Below, piece after piece: positions 61,793-64,000 of a DNA stretch of 64,000 bases. The notes beneath the pieces are model-generated. The model was given only the letters and a program-made list of their open reading frames with translations. It did not search any database and was not told the origin of the DNA. Positions within the stretch are counted from its first letter, which is position 1; every line of letters begins with the position of its first letter. Made by a program: the position numbers and the translations under genes. The DNA comes from an uncultured virus (IMG/VR IMGVR_UViG_3300005470_000001) (lineage: Duplodnaviria > Heunggongvirae > Uroviricota > Caudoviricetes), in IMG/VR virus record IMGVR_UViG_3300005470_000001. One strand, written 5' to 3'.

Positions 61793-62152
61793 CTATTTCT
61801 CCCCCTTGTTTTCAACAGCCCTTTCAAATCTTTTGATCCAAGCTTCACGGTCTTCTTCCCATTCATTCAGTGCTTCCAGCTTTCCCTCAAGCACCTCAAT
61901 CTGTAGCTTCTGCATATCAACTCTTCCTTCTAACTTTATAACCTGCCCATCCTTTTCAAGCGCACCCTCTATGTGCCTTAATACTCCAAGATGATATCCA
62001 TCCTCAAAGGCATCAACGACCTCAGCCTCAAGCTCTGCAATGCGATTCTGAACCTCAAACGCGTCAATGTATGGCAACGCTGGAGCCCCTTGCTCCGAGT
62101 CATACACATCCGCTGTGCCATTATTATACTGTACTACCCATATCGTTTTCAT
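61793..62152 (-). CDS. Coiled-coil hypothetical protein
   Basis: AAGGAGGAG ribosome-binding site; RIAELE motif. Confidence 0.65.
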   Translation of the reverse strand: MKTIWVVQYNNGTADVYDSEQGAPALPYIDAFEVQNRIAELEAEVVDAFEDGYHLGVLRHIEGALEKDGQVIKLEGRVDMQKLQIEVLEGKLEALNEWEEDREAWIKRFERAVENKGEK

Positions 62153-62814
62153 TTCTCCTCCTTGTTGAATTTAAAATCTCGCACAGGACGAGCCTTGTAG
62201 CTGTTGATCTTGTAGTTGAAGTACTGGTGGCCAGTGTAGAAATACTGGTTCCACGCGAAGTCAGCATTGTATTCCGACGAACTCCAGTAGACATAGGCTC
62301 CAAAACCGCCAATAGCTACGCGATTTTTGTACATCTGATTCAGTTCATCCTTGGTCGGCAACCTCCAGCCTTCGCCAAGCGCTTCGACCACCTTAACTGC
62401 CTCATCCCATGTGTAAATTCCACCAAGGTCTTGTGGATAGACCTCGAACTCAAGTTCTTGATACAGTGTTGTCGTCATTTCTCCTCCTTGTTCCTCCTTG
62501 TTTGGTTTTAAATCTCGCACAGGACGAACCCTGTTATAGATGCTTTTGTAGGCGTTGCCATGGCCGCCAGTGTAGAAACACTTGAGCCACGCAATCTCCT
62601 CGTCGTACTCCGACGAACTCCAGTAGTAGTAGGCTCCAAAACCGCCAATTTCTTCTTGCTCCAAATACATCAGCTCCAGCTCTTTTTTTGTTGGTAGTCG
62701 CCATCCGTCGCCAAGTGCTTCGACAACCTTAACTGCTTCATCCCATATGTAAAATCCTTCGAGATCTTGTGGGTAAACCTCGAACCCAAGTTCTTGATGT
62801 AGTGCTGTCGTCAT
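62149..62814 (-). CDS. Tandem two-domain DUF1566/Lcl-like protein (likely start 62814; internal start 62478)
   Basis: Two copies of WRLPT.EL..YWSSSE..AW..RPVR, each preceded by AAGGAGGAGAAATGACGAC. Confidence 0.8.
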   Translation of the reverse strand: MTTALHQELGFEVYPQDLEGFYIWDEAVKVVEALGDGWRLPTKKELELMYLEQEEIGGFGAYYYWSSSEYDEEIAWLKCFYTGGHGNAYKSIYNRVRPVRDLKPNKEEQGGEMTTTLYQELEFEVYPQDLGGIYTWDEAVKVVEALGEGWRLPTKDELNQMYKNRVAIGGFGAYVYWSSSEYNADFAWNQYFYTGHQYFNYKINSYKARPVRDFKFNKEEK

Positions 62815-62830
62815 TTCTCCTCCTTGTTTA

Positions 62831-63061
62831 TTACGAAAGGTTAAATGCTTCAATCTCTGCACTTGTTAGTTTTTCTAACGCAGACTCACGAAGTTTTATA
62901 CGTTTAATCTCTTTTTTTATATAAGGAGATATATTTGTTTTCGTGTTATATTGCTTTCCATAAGCATCAACACCCCAACCACATTCATCGCAGTGCCAAT
63001 CATTGTGTCCTTCCATTATGTAAGACCCACAATTCTTACAAACAATTACATCGTGTCCCAT
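62831..63061 (-). CDS. Small Zn-ribbon protein
   Basis: CKNC..CDEC. Confidence 0.6.
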   Translation of the reverse strand: MGHDVIVCKNCGSYIMEGHNDWHCDECGWGVDAYGKQYNTKTNISPYIKKEIKRIKLRESALEKLTSAEIEAFNLS

Positions 63062-63062
63062 C

Positions 63063-63326
63063 TTAAACCTCCTCCCAATTTAGTTTAGCCCCACACTGAG
63101 GGCAAAAAGTCCATTCTTCGGATAGTCCCCTATATTCGCATTCCGAACAGTCCCAGTCTTTACGCCCTGATCCGTTATACACCGGTCTTATATATATTTT
63201 TTGCGGGTATTCTTCTGCGCGTTTCCTCCAGTAGCACACATCGCATAGGTCAAGGTCAACGCCCTTCTGTCTGCCATGTAGGCGTGGGTTGATGGCGTAT
63301 GATCCGCAATTTTTGCAGTTTATCAT
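63063..63326 (-). CDS. Small double Zn-ribbon protein
   Basis: Four CxxC pairs, FCPQCGAKL. Confidence 0.65.
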   Translation of the reverse strand: MINCKNCGSYAINPRLHGRQKGVDLDLCDVCYWRKRAEEYPQKIYIRPVYNGSGRKDWDCSECEYRGLSEEWTFCPQCGAKLNWEEV

Positions 63327-63631
63327 TTTTCCTTTTTGTTTAGCATTGCGTTTATAATTTGGGTAACTGGTGACTCAGTTGTCGCATATACTGCTATGTC
63401 TTCAAGCGCGCCTTCAAGCTCGGCTATGCGCTGAACTGCCTGTGTATACTTAGCACTCAGCTCAAAGTATCGGGTATGTGCAGTCTTGCTTGCTTCAGTA
63501 TGCAGCTCAGCAGTCCTCATACTCCTGTCCAGTTGCTCCTCAAGCTCAGTGATGCGCTCTCTCAAGATGTCTTCAACTCCTCTACTCTGTTGCATCTCTT
63601 CGATTTGTGACTCATTCATGTTTATCTTCAT
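63323..63631 (-). CDS. Coiled-coil hypothetical protein
   Basis: RITELE and RIAELE motifs. Confidence 0.6.
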   Translation of the reverse strand: MKINMNESQIEEMQQSRGVEDILRERITELEEQLDRSMRTAELHTEASKTAHTRYFELSAKYTQAVQRIAELEGALEDIAVYATTESPVTQIINAMLNKKEK

Positions 63632-63756
63632 CTATATAACAATTATGAAATTCTCTATCCCAAATTTCTTCTTTCCAATACTTAACACTATTAAAAACAA
63701 TATCAACAAGCATTTTTATTTTGCTAATAAATTCTGTCATTTTTATTTTCATAATT

Positions 63757-63999
63757 TTATCTAATAATTAATGATTTTTTTGGTGTAATTTTAATACAAT
63801 CAGGGATTGTTTCAAGAACACCATCTTTAAAATCTTTTTTGATTATAGAAATATGTGGTTTAAATTCTTTAGTTGCATAACCACTTGATAAAAGTGAATT
63901 TTTATTTTCTTCAGTAATATCTTCTTTTAATTCCCAAGATTCAGTATTACGAATATTATAATTTCCTAAATCAGTTTTTAATTTACTTTCTCCACTTAA
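63757..63999 (-). CDS. 3' end of a truncated ORF, possibly Gp157-like
   Basis: Open frame ..KLKTDLGNYNIRNTES..IIKKDFKDG..KKSLIIR* running off the window edge. Confidence 0.45.
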   Translation of the reverse strand, partial: LSGESKLKTDLGNYNIRNTESWELKEDITEENKNSLLSSGYATKEFKPHISIIKKDFKDGVLETIPDCIKITPKKSLIIR

Positions 64000-64000
64000 T

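Noticed and set aside
62124..62312. Ser/Thr-rich alternate-frame ORF
   Set aside because: By-product of the NNC codon pattern in the lectin-like gene
60655..62640. One of the three lectin-like repeats acting as the DGR template repeat
   Set aside because: None has adenines at all variable positions and all three lie in coding frames; no RT is adjacent
37324..63764. + strand ORFs in the right arm (37324, 38247, 42501, 44045, 50229, 54645, 61475, 61614, 61991, 62071, 63486)
   Set aside because: Antisense to coherent - strand operons
1..64000. Genome-wide stop-codon reassignment as in some crAss-like phages
   Set aside because: Very long ORFs are intact under the standard code and no suppressor tRNA is seen; the gene breaks are explained by introns

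Overview
This is a 64 kb, very AT-rich segment of a crAss-like (Crassvirales-type) phage genome, with a probable Bacteroidota host. The + strand arm (1-36134) carries virion genes. These are a nuclease, holin-like genes, HU-like and tail tubular proteins, a muzzle/stabilisation gene apparently split in three around a tail-fibre gene, ejected proteins including a lysozyme, and a 5161-aa virion RNA polymerase with accessory enzyme domains. The converging - strand arm carries tRNAs, RlpA, PolB, helicases, an AAA ATPase, primase, ThyX, class II RNR and dUTPase. Main highlights: (1) a candidate phage-encoded ubiquitin-like conjugation operon (Ubl-fusion, E2-like, JAB, E1/ThiF). (2) Three group I introns with homing endonucleases, in dUTPase, the ATPase and tRNA-Leu(UAA), with splice sites inferred from the sequence. 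(3) A 128-nt tRNA-like RNA whose anticodon/variable region is replaced by a 78-nt structured insert. (4) A GC-richer island with three lectin-like domains showing a DGR-type NNC codon variation pattern, although no reverse transcriptase or template repeat is visible. All protein calls come from motifs recognised by eye, not from database searches.
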